Part shown: in pieces, positions 1-9,487 of the stretch
Layout: each line of letters starts with the position of its first letter
How positions within the stretch are numbered: position 1 is the stretch's first letter
Source: an uncultured Verrucomicrobiae bacterium
GTDB lineage: Bacteria; Verrucomicrobiota; Verrucomicrobiia; Chthoniobacterales; UBA10450
Length of the DNA: 64,000 bases
Reading direction: 5' to 3'
Assembly: GCA_963735805.1 (NCBI GenBank)
Contig: CAVTMK010000003.1
Span: 64,001-128,000, forward strand
Program-made: the position numbers and the translations under genes
The notes under the pieces: generated by a model
What the model was told of the DNA's origin: nothing
What the model saw: the letters and a program-made list of their open reading frames with translations, nothing else
The model's database searches: none

Positions 1-91
1 CGGCGCTGAAAACCGATGCAGCGCGTCTCGGTCTGGTGGGAACCACTGAAGGCCCCTCTAAAGAACAAGCAGGTTTTGCTGGCACTGCGTC

Positions 92-901
92 CTAGAGTTT
101 TTCGGCAACAATCTCCAATACCAACGGTGTGATCATCAGCGCATTCGGATTCCTTTCCGCTTTGTCCAGTTCGTCGCGAACTTGCTCCGCGAACGCTTGA
201 TTAATGCGCCCCATTTCAATCAACCGGGGAAGATAGGTCTCAATAAATGTGGCCGGCCACTGCCACATGTAATCCCTTGGACGGACACAAAACAGGTGCG
301 GCCTGGCAGCTCGGATTACGAACGCGTGCGCGGGAAGCAGCGTTGCCAGTACTACTGCTCCGTCAGGTTCGCCGCCTGATTCACGCCACGTTGCAATCAC
401 ATGTTCGCGGAAGCGTTCCTGATTTGGCAAACGCGGGAAAAAATGCCAGCTCTCATAATGGCCGTACTCATGGAAAATCGCCACGCTGCCTCTGCGCATG
501 ACACCGCTCAGCTTTCTGATCAACAACGCGGGATCAGTCACAAACGACATGACCCATCGGCACCATGAGAAATCGTAATTTGCCTTTGGTACGTCACCTG
601 TCATTAGATCCAGTTCGTGAATCTTCACATTTGAGAGGGATCGCGTGCGGCATGTCTCTTCCATTGCGTGGATGAAATTCTGCGAGCGTTCAAGCGCGAC
701 AACTTCACCCGTCGGACCTACAATTTCGGCAAGATCGACCGCTGCATATCCCGGGCCTGCGCCGACGTCCAGTACCCGTTTCCCTACGGTAATGCCAGCT
801 CTCTGCCAGCAATCTAAAACCACCGAACGCCAGACAAGGTGTTGCAATCCGAGCCTCGCCAATTCCTCATTGTGGGTACCCAGGACATAATCGCGATCCA
901 C
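92..901 (-). CDS. Class I SAM-dependent methyltransferase
   Basis: VLDVGAGPG SAM-binding motif I followed by VVALE; GTG start. Confidence 0.85.
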   Translation of the reverse strand: MDRDYVLGTHNEELARLGLQHLVWRSVVLDCWQRAGITVGKRVLDVGAGPGYAAVDLAEIVGPTGEVVALERSQNFIHAMEETCRTRSLSNVKIHELDLMTGDVPKANYDFSWCRWVMSFVTDPALLIRKLSGVMRRGSVAIFHEYGHYESWHFFPRLPNQERFREHVIATWRESGGEPDGAVVLATLLPAHAFVIRAARPHLFCVRPRDYMWQWPATFIETYLPRLIEMGRINQAFAEQVRDELDKAERNPNALMITPLVLEIVAEKL

Positions 902-1051
902 GATTAGAAGCTAGGCGTTCGTGGCGTAGATGCATCGACGAATTTCAGGCACCAAAATCCCAAAGCCGCCGGCATAAACGATTCCATTGCGTACCAACGT
1001 CAGACTGGCGTTTTCGGGCATTATCCTCGACAATAGAAACGGCGTTTACCT

Positions 1052-1510
1052 ATGGATTACGAGATTCGACCCCTCCTGGCCAACGACGAACCGATTTTGC
1101 GGGAAATGGTTTATCAAGGACTCTCCTCCATTGGTAACCACCAACCTTCCCGCGAGATCCTGCAGCGACCGGAGTTCTCCCATTATGCCGAGGCCTGGGG
1201 CCGCGCCGGGGATACAGGGTTCGTCGCGCACGATAAGAAGGACGGGTCAGTGGTCGGGGCCGTTTGGTTGCGCAAACCGATGGACAAACCTGACGCACCG
1301 CTGGAACTCGCCTTTGCGGTGAAACCAGAACATCGTCGACATGGTATCGGCACGGCTCTCCTAACACAGCTAGTGCGTGCCAATCCTCATGAGTCAACAA
1401 TTTCGGTCAGCCTCGTTGCTGGCAAACCGGTGTTACGCCTTTATGAACGATTTGGATTCAAGGTTGCCGAGGAAGGACCGAAAGTCATCGTAATGCGAAG
1501 ACAGGTGTAG
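1052..1510 (+). CDS. GNAT family N-acetyltransferase
   Basis: AVKPEHRRHGIGTALL acetyl-CoA motif A and LYERFGF. Confidence 0.9.
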   Translation: MDYEIRPLLANDEPILREMVYQGLSSIGNHQPSREILQRPEFSHYAEAWGRAGDTGFVAHDKKDGSVVGAVWLRKPMDKPDAPLELAFAVKPEHRRHGIGTALLTQLVRANPHESTISVSLVAGKPVLRLYERFGFKVAEEGPKVIVMRRQV

Positions 1511-1571
1511 AGCACTGCCGTTGATGCGCTAACGAAAGGCCGGCTGGCGCAACCGCACCATGACAACAAGC

Positions 1572-2762
1572 TCAAGGCGCAAAGATCAACAGCACAAAGA
1601 CGGCAAAGAGAAGCAAGTGGACGCAGCCCTGCAGAATATTCGTCTTTCTGCTTGTAAACGTAACCACGCTCACTGCCAATGTTAACAAAAGCAATGGTAA
1701 GTTGCCGCCTTCTACCCCGAGCGTGACCGGTCGTTTCGTGATCAGGCTGATACCCAACACCGCGGGGATTGTGAGTCCAATGGTTGCAAGCACAGAACCG
1801 AGCAGGATGTTGATAGAGCGCTGCAACTGATTGCGCAAAGTGGCCTGGACGGCGCCAATTCCCTCCGGTGTAAGCACCAGAGCAGCGATCATTGCGCCTC
1901 CAAACTCCTGAGGCATGCCAAATTTCTCGATGCTGTTGTCCAATGGGATGGCAAACTTTTCCGCCAATAAAATTACAATGACCAGATAAAGAAGGAGCAT
2001 CGGCGCGTGAAAAGCTGTCGACTGCACGCGCAGTGAGTGATGATCCGGACCTGTCGTCACAGCTGCCTGCTCTGATTCCATGAAATAGCCGCGGTGCCGC
2101 ATCGTCTGGATGAGCAGGAAAATCGCATAAAGAAATAGCGACACCACAAGGAGAAAGATTTGCTGTTCAGTGGAAAAAGTTGAGTCGCCCGTGGAGGTAG
2201 TGAAGTTTGGCAGGACCAGGCCTAGCACGGCCATGGTCATGATCACGTTAAGATAGGAGTTAACGCCCTGCAGATTGTAATACTGCTCGCCGTGGCGTAG
2301 CCCGCCCAACAGCAGGACCAGGCCGACAAACCCGTTGAGAGCAATCATGATCACGGAAAAAATCGAGTCCCGCCCCAGGGTAGGATTATTTTCGCCATGC
2401 AACATCGCGGTAGAAACCATCACCACTTCGATAGCGATCGCCGACAGCGTCAGGACCAGGGTCCCGTAAGGCTCGCCCCATTTGATCGCAAGACAGTCGG
2501 CGTGTCGTGCAACGGACACGGCAGACCAAAGAATAACGCCAAAAAGCCAAAAAAAGACGACAATCAGCCCTACTGGATGCGCGACGATTTCGACCAGCCG
2601 ACTTCCCGTGCTCCAGAAAACGGCGACCGTCCCCACGCCAATCAGCAGAGGGAACTCACTGCGCATGGCCCCTCTCAATTCCCGAGCGCCTTTGATTTGC
2701 CCAGCCGGTTTTGCCTTTTGAGACACGCGCGCGAGCATATCGAGTCCATTCCGGTCATGCAA
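1572..2762 (-). CDS. chaA: Ca2+(Na+)/H+ antiporter, ChaA/CaCA family; true start probably downstream
   Basis: About 11 hydrophobic helices; GEPYGTLVLTLS, LTPEG and LGSVLATIGLTIP motifs. Confidence 0.85.
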   Translation of the reverse strand: MHDRNGLDMLARVSQKAKPAGQIKGARELRGAMRSEFPLLIGVGTVAVFWSTGSRLVEIVAHPVGLIVVFFWLFGVILWSAVSVARHADCLAIKWGEPYGTLVLTLSAIAIEVVMVSTAMLHGENNPTLGRDSIFSVIMIALNGFVGLVLLLGGLRHGEQYYNLQGVNSYLNVIMTMAVLGLVLPNFTTSTGDSTFSTEQQIFLLVVSLFLYAIFLLIQTMRHRGYFMESEQAAVTTGPDHHSLRVQSTAFHAPMLLLYLVIVILLAEKFAIPLDNSIEKFGMPQEFGGAMIAALVLTPEGIGAVQATLRNQLQRSINILLGSVLATIGLTIPAVLGISLITKRPVTLGVEGGNLPLLLLTLAVSVVTFTSRKTNILQGCVHLLLFAVFVLLIFAP

Positions 2763-2871
2763 TCAAGCGATAGCGCGTGGACAACTAGAAGCGCCAGTAA
2801 CTCAACCTCCAGAATCCAAACAAAACCCAATTCCCGATTTGGTGCTCGTGAGTGTCCACTGGTCCCCGCTG

Positions 2872-2998
2872 TGTCATCCCGAGCCCGCGAAGACGGCGAG
2901 GAACCTTTCGCAGGATGGTTGATCACGCTTTGATCCCATCTGTGATCAACGGCTGCAAGGAAGATCCCTCGCCGCGCTTCGCCAATCTCGGGATGACA
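2872..2998. repeat. Palindromic miniature element (MITE/REP-like) with 12-bp terminal inverted repeats
   Basis: TGTCATCCCGAG (2872-2883) and CTCGGGATGACA (2987-2998); nested inverted pairs GGCGAGG/CCTCGCC and GTTGATCAC/GTGATCAAC. Confidence 0.75.
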
Positions 2999-3038
2999 AC
3001 AACAGCGACTTTCGAAAGAATTTCGCGACGAGGAGCGC

Positions 3039-3419
3039 CTACTCTTTCTTTTGTGCTAAAGGCAGAAATTCTTCTCGCACAACTTTACCGTCTTTCACCT
3101 TATAGATTCCAATCTCGGACATCTGCATTCGTTTCTTGGACGCTTTCTCGGTCACATCCACGTCGAACTGCACGACAAAAGTATCCCGGGCTACAAACGG
3201 ACCGCCGGCTTTCGAACTGTGCACCTCGAAATTCTTCTCCCACCACTCAGTTTTTCCGCGCACTTGATCGAGTCCGCGCATTTCCGCCGGCATATTTTCC
3301 ATCGGGTGCGGTTCCACGCTGACGATATCTTTCGCATACAGGTCGTCCACCGCCTTCATCCATTCTCCTTTTCGGCAATAGTCCACCAGTTTTGTTGCGA
3401 CTTCTTCTGTAGTATTCAT
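3039..3419 (-). CDS. SnoaL-like / NTF2-fold protein
   Basis: LYAKDIVSVE and EIGIYKVKDGKVVREEF; paralog at 29568-29936. Confidence 0.85.
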   Translation of the reverse strand: MNTTEEVATKLVDYCRKGEWMKAVDDLYAKDIVSVEPHPMENMPAEMRGLDQVRGKTEWWEKNFEVHSSKAGGPFVARDTFVVQFDVDVTEKASKKRMQMSEIGIYKVKDGKVVREEFLPLAQKKE

Positions 3420-3554
3420 CCTTTCTCCTTATTTTTGATTAGGAATTGTTCAACCGATATTTGTGTAACATCATTTTCACTTTGGCGCCGATCCAACGGG
3501 TAGGGACGCCGCCGAACAGCTCGTAAGCTGCGAAGCTCAAAAAGGCGGATCCTA

Positions 3555-3851
3555 TTAGCCACCCGCAATTGCACCGATGATTACAAACGGTTCGGAGCCC
3601 TTTGCAATCGCTTCGGGCAGCAGAGCATCAGGAGATTCGTGAGACAAATCTTCTCCGCAGGCAAAAAAACGCACCAGCGGTCGACGGAGTTGCGTAACGT
3701 GATCGCGCATTGTCCCGCGCAGCATGGGATATCGACTTTCGAGTTCGTCCAGTATCGACCTCTGGGTCACACTGGCGTTAACATTGAGTTCCACATCGCC
3801 ATCGACGTGCGCCAACGTACGCAGATGCGGCGGTAGAACTACGCGAATCAC
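3555..3851 (-). CDS. MoaD/ThiS family ubiquitin-like (beta-grasp) protein
   Basis: 98 aa ending in [16 protein letters not shown]-terminus; 4-nt overlap with the upstream gene. Confidence 0.88.
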   Translation of the reverse strand: MIRVVLPPHLRTLAHVDGDVELNVNASVTQRSILDELESRYPMLRGTMRDHVTQLRRPLVRFFACGEDLSHESPDALLPEAIAKGSEPFVIIGAIAGG

Positions 3852-5014
3852 GGCAACGTTTGCACCTCGACTGAAAGCACGGCCGGCAAATCGCGCACAA
3901 TTGGCTTCCAGCTATCACCCGAATCGGCCGATGCGTAAACCTGGCCACCGGTCGTTCCAAAATAAATCCCACACGGCTCGAGCGAATCCACAGACATGGC
4001 ATCACGCAGAACGTTCACGTAACAATTGCGTTGCGGCAGGCCTTTCGTGAGCGGCTCCCATTCATTACCACCGGTCCGGCTGCGATACACACGCAGCCTG
4101 CTGCTGGGCGGATAATGCTCAGAATCGCTCTTGATCGGGACCACGTAAATTGTCTCCGGCTCATGCGCGTGTACGTCGATCGGAAAACCAAAATCGGTTG
4201 GTAAATTTCCACTGACCTCCCGCCATGAGTCACCGCCGTTATCGCTGCGCATCACGTCCCAATGTTTTTGCATGAACAGCGTGTCTGGACGCGATCGGTG
4301 CATCGCAATGCGATGGACGCAATGGCCAACCTCGGCGGTCGGGTCGGGAATATATTCTGAATGCAACCCCTGATTGATCGGTTTCCACGTTTTTCCGCCG
4401 TCATCGGTCCGGAACGCGCCCGCGGCCGAGATCGCTACATAAATTCGTTGGGGGTCCTTCGGATCGAGTAGAATTGTATGTAGACACATTCCGCCGGCAC
4501 CCGGTTGCCATTTCGGCCCGGTATCGTGTTCCCGGAGACCGGACAATTCGTTCCAGGATTTGCCGCCGTCTTTGGATTCGAATAGCGCCGCGTCCTCGAC
4601 GCCGGCATAAACATGGCCGGGGTCATCCAGCGACGGTTCCAGATGCCAGACACGCTTGAATTCCCAGGGATGCTGAGTGCCGTCATACCATTGATGTGTG
4701 CCCGGGACACCGTCATAGACAAACTTGTTGCTTTCGCCTTTCAGCATGCCGTCGGGACTTTTTAGGTCCTCCGAGCTGCTCCCGGGCGTGTTCCAGGATT
4801 TTCCTCCGTCGTCGGAACGCTGAATGATTTGCCCGAACCACCCGCTGGTTTGCGACGCGTAAATTCGATTCGGATCGGCTGGCGAACCTTTGATATGATA
4901 AATCTCCCACCCCGCAAAATGCGGACCACTGACTTTCCAGCGTTTACGCGCGCCGTCTGCGGTCAGGATAAACGCCCCTTTTCGTGTGCCAACTAAAACC
5001 CGTATTTTGCTCAT
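3848..5014 (-). CDS. BNR/Asp-box beta-propeller protein (sialidase-like fold), no signal peptide
   Basis: Asp-box-like repeats [40 protein letters not shown]. Confidence 0.88.
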   Translation of the reverse strand: MSKIRVLVGTRKGAFILTADGARKRWKVSGPHFAGWEIYHIKGSPADPNRIYASQTSGWFGQIIQRSDDGGKSWNTPGSSSEDLKSPDGMLKGESNKFVYDGVPGTHQWYDGTQHPWEFKRVWHLEPSLDDPGHVYAGVEDAALFESKDGGKSWNELSGLREHDTGPKWQPGAGGMCLHTILLDPKDPQRIYVAISAAGAFRTDDGGKTWKPINQGLHSEYIPDPTAEVGHCVHRIAMHRSRPDTLFMQKHWDVMRSDNGGDSWREVSGNLPTDFGFPIDVHAHEPETIYVVPIKSDSEHYPPSSRLRVYRSRTGGNEWEPLTKGLPQRNCYVNVLRDAMSVDSLEPCGIYFGTTGGQVYASADSGDSWKPIVRDLPAVLSVEVQTLP

Positions 5015-5029
5015 CTGTTCCGTACTAAG

Positions 5030-5380
5030 TTAACGATCTGTTGGGATGTCCCAACCAAAATAGACTTCTGCGCTTACAATCTTGTTGTTTTTAATCCGCA
5101 GAATTTCCGTATTGCGACCTTTCTCTCCATTCGGCTTCTTCATTTCATAGGTTACAACGACTTCATCGTCATGTTCGATGAGCCGCAAAAAATTGAACTT
5201 TTGACGCTGCCCGGCTCCGGACCAGCATTTCGCGAAATATCCAGCACGATCGAGCCCCACATCGAGCGGACTGGAGAAAGTGAAATCCTCGGCAAGATGC
5301 TGCTCAAAAAATTTCCGATCGCCGGACGCAAACGCTTCGTACGATTGCCGAGTCAACTGTCGTGGGCTGATTTCTACCAT
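5030..5380 (-). CDS. SnoaL-like / NTF2-fold protein
   Basis: LAEDFTFSSP, GRNTEILRI and EVYFGW pattern. Confidence 0.8.
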   Translation of the reverse strand: MVEISPRQLTRQSYEAFASGDRKFFEQHLAEDFTFSSPLDVGLDRAGYFAKCWSGAGQRQKFNFLRLIEHDDEVVVTYEMKKPNGEKGRNTEILRIKNNKIVSAEVYFGWDIPTDR

Positions 5381-5533
5381 AATCTTGTTAAGTCTGGTTT
5401 TCGACTATTCGTGCTTTGATTAGCCTCTTAAGAAGTTCGTCCGGTAACGGTTTATCTGGAGCGAAACGAATCGTGCCATTGCCAGTCTGAAAATTCTTTA
5501 GGTCAGCCCGAAATTTTTTCAACGTGGCGGATT

Positions 5534-6022
5534 TCATTTCCCTGCGTACGCTTCCTTTAACTTTTTGATGTCGATTTTCTCCATTTGAAGCATCGCCTTC
5601 ATCACTCTTTCGGACTTTTTCGGGTCCTTGTCGTGTAACATCTCAATCAGCACAGTGGGCGTGATCTGCCAGGACAAACCGAACTTGTCTCTCAGCCAGC
5701 CGCACGCGGATTCCTGGCCGCCGTCCACGATGAGTTTCTGCCAGAAGTAATCCACTTCGTCCTGAGTCTCGCAGTCCACGACGAACGACACTGATTCATT
5801 GAACTTAAATTGTGGGCCGCCGTTGAGGGCCGTGAATTTCTGACCTTCAATCTCAAATTCGATAGTCAGCACCGATCCCACCGGCCGACTGGCAGCCTTT
5901 GCTGACGCCTGATCGTAGCGAAGAATTTTGCCGACTTTAGAATTTTCAAAAATGGAGGTGTAAAATTTCGCTGCCTCCTCGGCCTGGCTATCAAACCACA
6001 AAAATGGCGTGAGTTTTTGCAT
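5534..6022 (-). CDS. VOC family PhnB-like protein (3-demethylubiquinone-9 3-methyltransferase-like domain)
   Basis: MQKLTPFLWF start at 6022; LNGGPQFKF and CGWLRDKFGLSWQI. Confidence 0.9.
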   Translation of the reverse strand: MQKLTPFLWFDSQAEEAAKFYTSIFENSKVGKILRYDQASAKAASRPVGSVLTIEFEIEGQKFTALNGGPQFKFNESVSFVVDCETQDEVDYFWQKLIVDGGQESACGWLRDKFGLSWQITPTVLIEMLHDKDPKKSERVMKAMLQMEKIDIKKLKEAYAGK

Positions 6023-6027
6023 CCTGT

Positions 6028-6462
6028 TTACTCCTTTGTTGGTAGTGGCGGGTATTGCTCGAATTTGGGGATCTTGGGATCCATTTGATCCCACGGTTGC
6101 GCATCGGAAACGAACAGGTCCATTTGTGGCTGAAACCAAGTCGGATCGTCGAGGCTGCCTGCCAGGATTCCGATAAACGGCGAGTCGCCCTTTTCGAATT
6201 CGCCTCCCGTAATTCGAGATCCGCACTCTGGACAGAAACCCCTCTTGTGCCTCCCGCGTCTGATGCTGGGTGTAAAATGGTAGCGCAATTGTCCGCTCGT
6301 TAGCCGAAATGCCGTTCGCGGCAGCAACATTCCCGGAGCGAATCCGCTACCAGTCCCTTGCTGGCAATCGCGGCAATGACATTTGAACATCATGATTGGT
6401 TCCGCCGTGCATTCATAACGAGTAGCGCCGCACGAGCACCCACCAGTAAAAGGAATCTTCGT
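6028..6462 (-). CDS. GFA (glutathione-dependent formaldehyde-activating)/CENP-V family protein, apparently non-canonical start
   Basis: GGCSCG, CHCRDCQ and FCPECGS zinc motifs; frame is open upstream of the 6393 ATG to ACG-AAG-ATT-CCT at 6462. Confidence 0.8.
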   Translation of the reverse strand, partial: TKIPFTGGCSCGATRYECTAEPIMMFKCHCRDCQQGTGSGFAPGMLLPRTAFRLTSGQLRYHFTPSIRRGRHKRGFCPECGSRITGGEFEKGDSPFIGILAGSLDDPTWFQPQMDLFVSDAQPWDQMDPKIPKFEQYPPLPTKE

Positions 6463-6582
6463 GTCTATTAGTCTTTTATTTTCTAACCTAAATTCGTCTC
6501 GTTCAGATTCTCGATCTCACTCCGCGATCGGTGTTGACTTGTTCAAACGCAACTGTTGTCGGCCCGCGTTCGTTCTGTTTGA

Positions 6583-6957
6583 TTACTTTGCCTTTGAATT
6601 CGGCTCGATAATTCCAAAGACGTTGCCGGCCGGATCTTCAGCGTACGCCAGCCAGCCAATTTTCGGGATCGCCATCTTCGGTACGCAAACTTTTCCGCCG
6701 CGCTCCTCGATCTTGTTAATCGTTCGATCTAACGATTCGACCGCGATCGTATTTAGCGTGCCCGGACTCTGCCCTTCGCGCGGACGGGTAAGTCCACCGT
6801 TAATGCCCGGCTCGTTGTCACCGCCCGTCGTGACAAGCCAATACTCGATTGGGCCGCCTTCGAATTTGTTAAACTTCCAGCCAAATACATCCTGGTAAAA
6901 AGGCTGAACCAATTCCGGGTCATCTGTATAAATTTCAAAATGCGTGACGCGATTCAT
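6583..6957 (-). CDS. VOC/glyoxalase family protein
   Basis: MNRVTHFEI, FYQDVFGW, GINGGL, DPAGNVFGI. Confidence 0.9.
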   Translation of the reverse strand: MNRVTHFEIYTDDPELVQPFYQDVFGWKFNKFEGGPIEYWLVTTGGDNEPGINGGLTRPREGQSPGTLNTIAVESLDRTINKIEERGGKVCVPKMAIPKIGWLAYAEDPAGNVFGIIEPNSKAK

Positions 6958-6980
6958 CACATCCTCCTTTTGTAAACCGC

Positions 6981-7721
6981 TTAGTATTCGTCGTGCCGCC
7001 GCACCCACTCCATCGTAAAATCGAGGTGGTCCTCATCGCGACCATTTGGAACGAGATCGAGAAAATTGTACGTGCCGACCAGGTTGTCGAGGCCGCGGGC
7101 ATACGTGGAATAGGTGTGAAATACGTCGGCGTTCTCGTCCTTGTAGAAGACGCTCAACCCGGGAAGCTCGTCCGTTATAAATTCTCCCTTTAGGTAGTTG
7201 TAGTAGGCTTCGTTCTTCTTCTCATCTTCCTTCGTGAACGAGACGTGATAGTCAAAATTGAAATCGTTGCCGTGCGACGAAAACCAGTTAAAACGCCAAC
7301 CCATTCGCTTTTTGTATGCTTCGAGTTTCGACAAAGGCGCGCGGGAGATGACAGCGAAGGCTACGTCACGATGCGGAAGATGCCAGTTTGCGCCGTCGAA
7401 ATGATCCGCCAGATACGAGCAGCTCTTACAGCCCTCCTCCCAATGAGGGCCAAACATGAAGTGATAGACGATCAATTGACTTTGGTGGCCGAAAAGGTCG
7501 GCCAGTGTTTCTTTGCCACTAGGCCCATTGAAAACGTACTCTTTTTCGACTTTGACCCACGGCAGCTCCCGTCGGTGGCAACTCACTTCATCGCGCAACC
7601 GCGTCAGTTCCTTCTCCCGTGTCAGCAAATCCTTGCGAGCAACGAGCCATTCGGCTTCTGACACAACTTTAGGATTCACTTCGCTTGCGTCTGTTTTCGT
7701 TTCCAATGTCTCGGTTTTCAT
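6981..7721 (-). CDS. DUF899 thioredoxin-like protein
   Basis: RRELPWV, YHFMFGP, GCKSCS, HTYSTYARG and WVRRHDEY C-terminus. Confidence 0.92.
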   Translation of the reverse strand: MKTETLETKTDASEVNPKVVSEAEWLVARKDLLTREKELTRLRDEVSCHRRELPWVKVEKEYVFNGPSGKETLADLFGHQSQLIVYHFMFGPHWEEGCKSCSYLADHFDGANWHLPHRDVAFAVISRAPLSKLEAYKKRMGWRFNWFSSHGNDFNFDYHVSFTKEDEKKNEAYYNYLKGEFITDELPGLSVFYKDENADVFHTYSTYARGLDNLVGTYNFLDLVPNGRDEDHLDFTMEWVRRHDEY

Positions 7722-7860
7722 TTTGTCTTGTTTCGTTTGTTTGATGATTTCGGTCGGGTTTAAAAAAGAATCTCTTCACAGCAAAGGCGCCCAGCCAAGC
7801 GGCTGAAGTCGTGCCGGCTGTAGTCAGCATCAAATAATTTGTCACACACGCCGGGCACAT
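7669..7860 (-). CDS. Small CxxC leader protein (MCPAC...), hypothetical
   Basis: ATG 25 nt downstream of the candidate ECF promoter; CPAC then a hydrophobic stretch. Confidence 0.5.
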   Translation of the reverse strand: MCPACVTNYLMLTTAGTTSAAWLGAFAVKRFFFKPDRNHQTNETRQNENRDIGNENRRKRSES

Positions 7861-7884
7861 AGGTTGATGGTTCAGCTTCAGTAA

Positions 7885-7915
7885 ATACGACGAATAAAAA
7901 AGGCAGTTCAGGACA
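7885..7915 (-). promoter_or_regulatory. Candidate ECF42-type promoter, copy 1
   Basis: TGTCCTGA-N13-TTCGTCGTAT. Confidence 0.75.
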
Positions 7916-8065
7916 TTTCATTCAATGGCCAGTCAATAAGCGTGAACAAGGCCACTTTGCCCAGCGACATCGATCCTCTGCCCGTACAGCAACTTCACGT
8001 GGCCAATTCGTCCTACGACGAACCAACGAACGCGTGTTCTTTCGCTCTGCTTTCCGGGAGGAAAT

Positions 8066-8158
8066 TCAAGCTTCGACGACAGTCCTAAATCCGGCGTACA
8101 TCATGCGCTTCACGTCGAACGCCATGGCATTGGGCATTTTCGCGAAACGCGGATCCAG
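8066..8158 (-). pseudogene. C-terminal relic of a DUF1428 (YbaA-like) gene
   Basis: Translates LDPRFAKMPNAMAFDVKRMMYAGFRTVVEA*, resembling the DPR...MPFDxKRMxYGGF family terminus; 5' part absent. Confidence 0.7.
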
Positions 8159-8159
8159 G

Positions 8160-8567
8160 TCACAATTGTGCAAACTGCGCTTCCGCTCGGAGATCAGCAG
8201 CGATGGGACACTCGCCTGCCACCGGTCTCACTTCCACGCGAATACCGTATGGAAGACCCGGGCATTCCCTGGCGATGGCAACCGCTTCATCCATCGTGGC
8301 GACATCGAGAAGAAAATAACCGCCAATAGCTTCTTTGGATTCGGCAAACGGTCCATCGGAAACGACACGCTCTTTGCCGGAGACGATTTTCCCCTCGCGT
8401 TCCAACGGATTTCCAGCGACCGCTTTGCCGTCTTCCGTTAAGCGCCTGAACCAGGCCATCCAGTTGTCGGTGACTTTTTGCAGCTCCTCTGGCGATAGCC
8501 CTTTGCGAAGATCGGTCCCGTGAAAGAGCAGCATGTATCCATTCTGATTTTGGTTTTGTGTACTCAT
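8160..8567 (-). CDS. YciI/DGPF family protein
   Basis: VSDGPFAESKEAIGGYFLL and VEVRPV. Confidence 0.92.
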   Translation of the reverse strand: MSTQNQNQNGYMLLFHGTDLRKGLSPEELQKVTDNWMAWFRRLTEDGKAVAGNPLEREGKIVSGKERVVSDGPFAESKEAIGGYFLLDVATMDEAVAIARECPGLPYGIRVEVRPVAGECPIAADLRAEAQFAQL

Positions 8568-8612
8568 ATTCTTTGTTCTTGGTTGATGGTTGATAATTGA
8601 TTGTTTAAAAAT

Positions 8613-9025
8613 TCAGGCGCTTGCGAGCTGTTCCTCCCGGGCCAATTCACGTGCCCGAGCATCGAGCGGACATTCTTCAGCCACCGGGCGGACTTCGATC
8701 GAAGTGCCGTACGCCAGATTTGGACTGCTTTTGGCGATGGCGATAGCTTCTTCCAGCGTTTCGACATTCAGTATTAAATAGCCGCCAATGGCTTCTTTGG
8801 ATTCGGCGAAAGGTCCATCCGAAACGATGCGTCCATTTTGCTGGAAACCGTCGCGCCTTTACGTTGGAGCGCGTGGCCAGGATTAGCCTTGCCTTGCGCG
8901 GTCAATTCTTCGATCCAGGTCTTATTCTGACTAATGACTTTCTGGATCTCATCGTACGAAAGCTCCTCATACCATTCATCACTGCGAAATAGCAGCATGT
9001 AACTATTTTGGGTTTGTGTATGCAT
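8613..9025 (-). pseudogene. Frameshifted YciI/DGPF family gene
   Basis: N-half YMLLFRSDEW...GATVSSK and C-half NGRIVSDGPFAESKEAIGGY...QLASA* lie in different frames; one A is missing from the A4 run at 8836-8839. Confidence 0.85.
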
Positions 9026-9062
9026 AGTCTGTATAGTTGTTGATCGTTTTTGCCTTTTTGAA

Positions 9063-9093
9063 ATACAACGAACCAGCGGTCTAACTTAGGACA
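9063..9093 (-). promoter_or_regulatory. Candidate ECF42-type promoter, copy 2
   Basis: TGTCCTAA-N13-TTCGTTGTAT upstream of the yciI pair. Confidence 0.72.
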
Positions 9094-9094
9094 A

Positions 9095-9484
9095 TTATTT
9101 CGCGTTCGCGTCGCTCTGCCAAATTCCAAACGAATTGCCCTCGGTATCCTGGCAGACAGCGAAATACCCCATCTGTGGCACAGCGGTCTTTGCCAGGCAG
9201 ATTTTGCCACCGAGTTTCTCGATTTTTTTGGAGAAATCGACGACGGAATCGACACTGACATAGTTGACGACTGGCTCTTGTGGATGCTTACGCCCCTTCA
9301 GCGCCCCATCAGGTGTATCGTCGCCGCCGCCGGTATCGATATGCCAGTAATCCCCTCCCCCGGGAAATGGATTGATCTTCCAGCCAAACAGACTGCTATA
9401 AAACGCCCTGGCGCGTTCAGGGTTGTCGACCGGAATTTCAAACCAAGCGATGCTTGCTGCTTGTTTATTATCTGACTTGCTCAT
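9095..9484 (-). CDS. VOC/glyoxalase family protein
   Basis: IAWFEIPVD, FYSSLFGW, DTEGNSFGIWQ. Confidence 0.9.
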   Translation of the reverse strand: MSKSDNKQAASIAWFEIPVDNPERARAFYSSLFGWKINPFPGGGDYWHIDTGGGDDTPDGALKGRKHPQEPVVNYVSVDSVVDFSKKIEKLGGKICLAKTAVPQMGYFAVCQDTEGNSFGIWQSDANAK

Positions 9485-9487
9485 TTT

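Noticed and set aside
3555..3851. Molybdopterin or thiamine biosynthesis operon
   Set aside because: No moa, moe or thi genes in the window; gene symbol withheld
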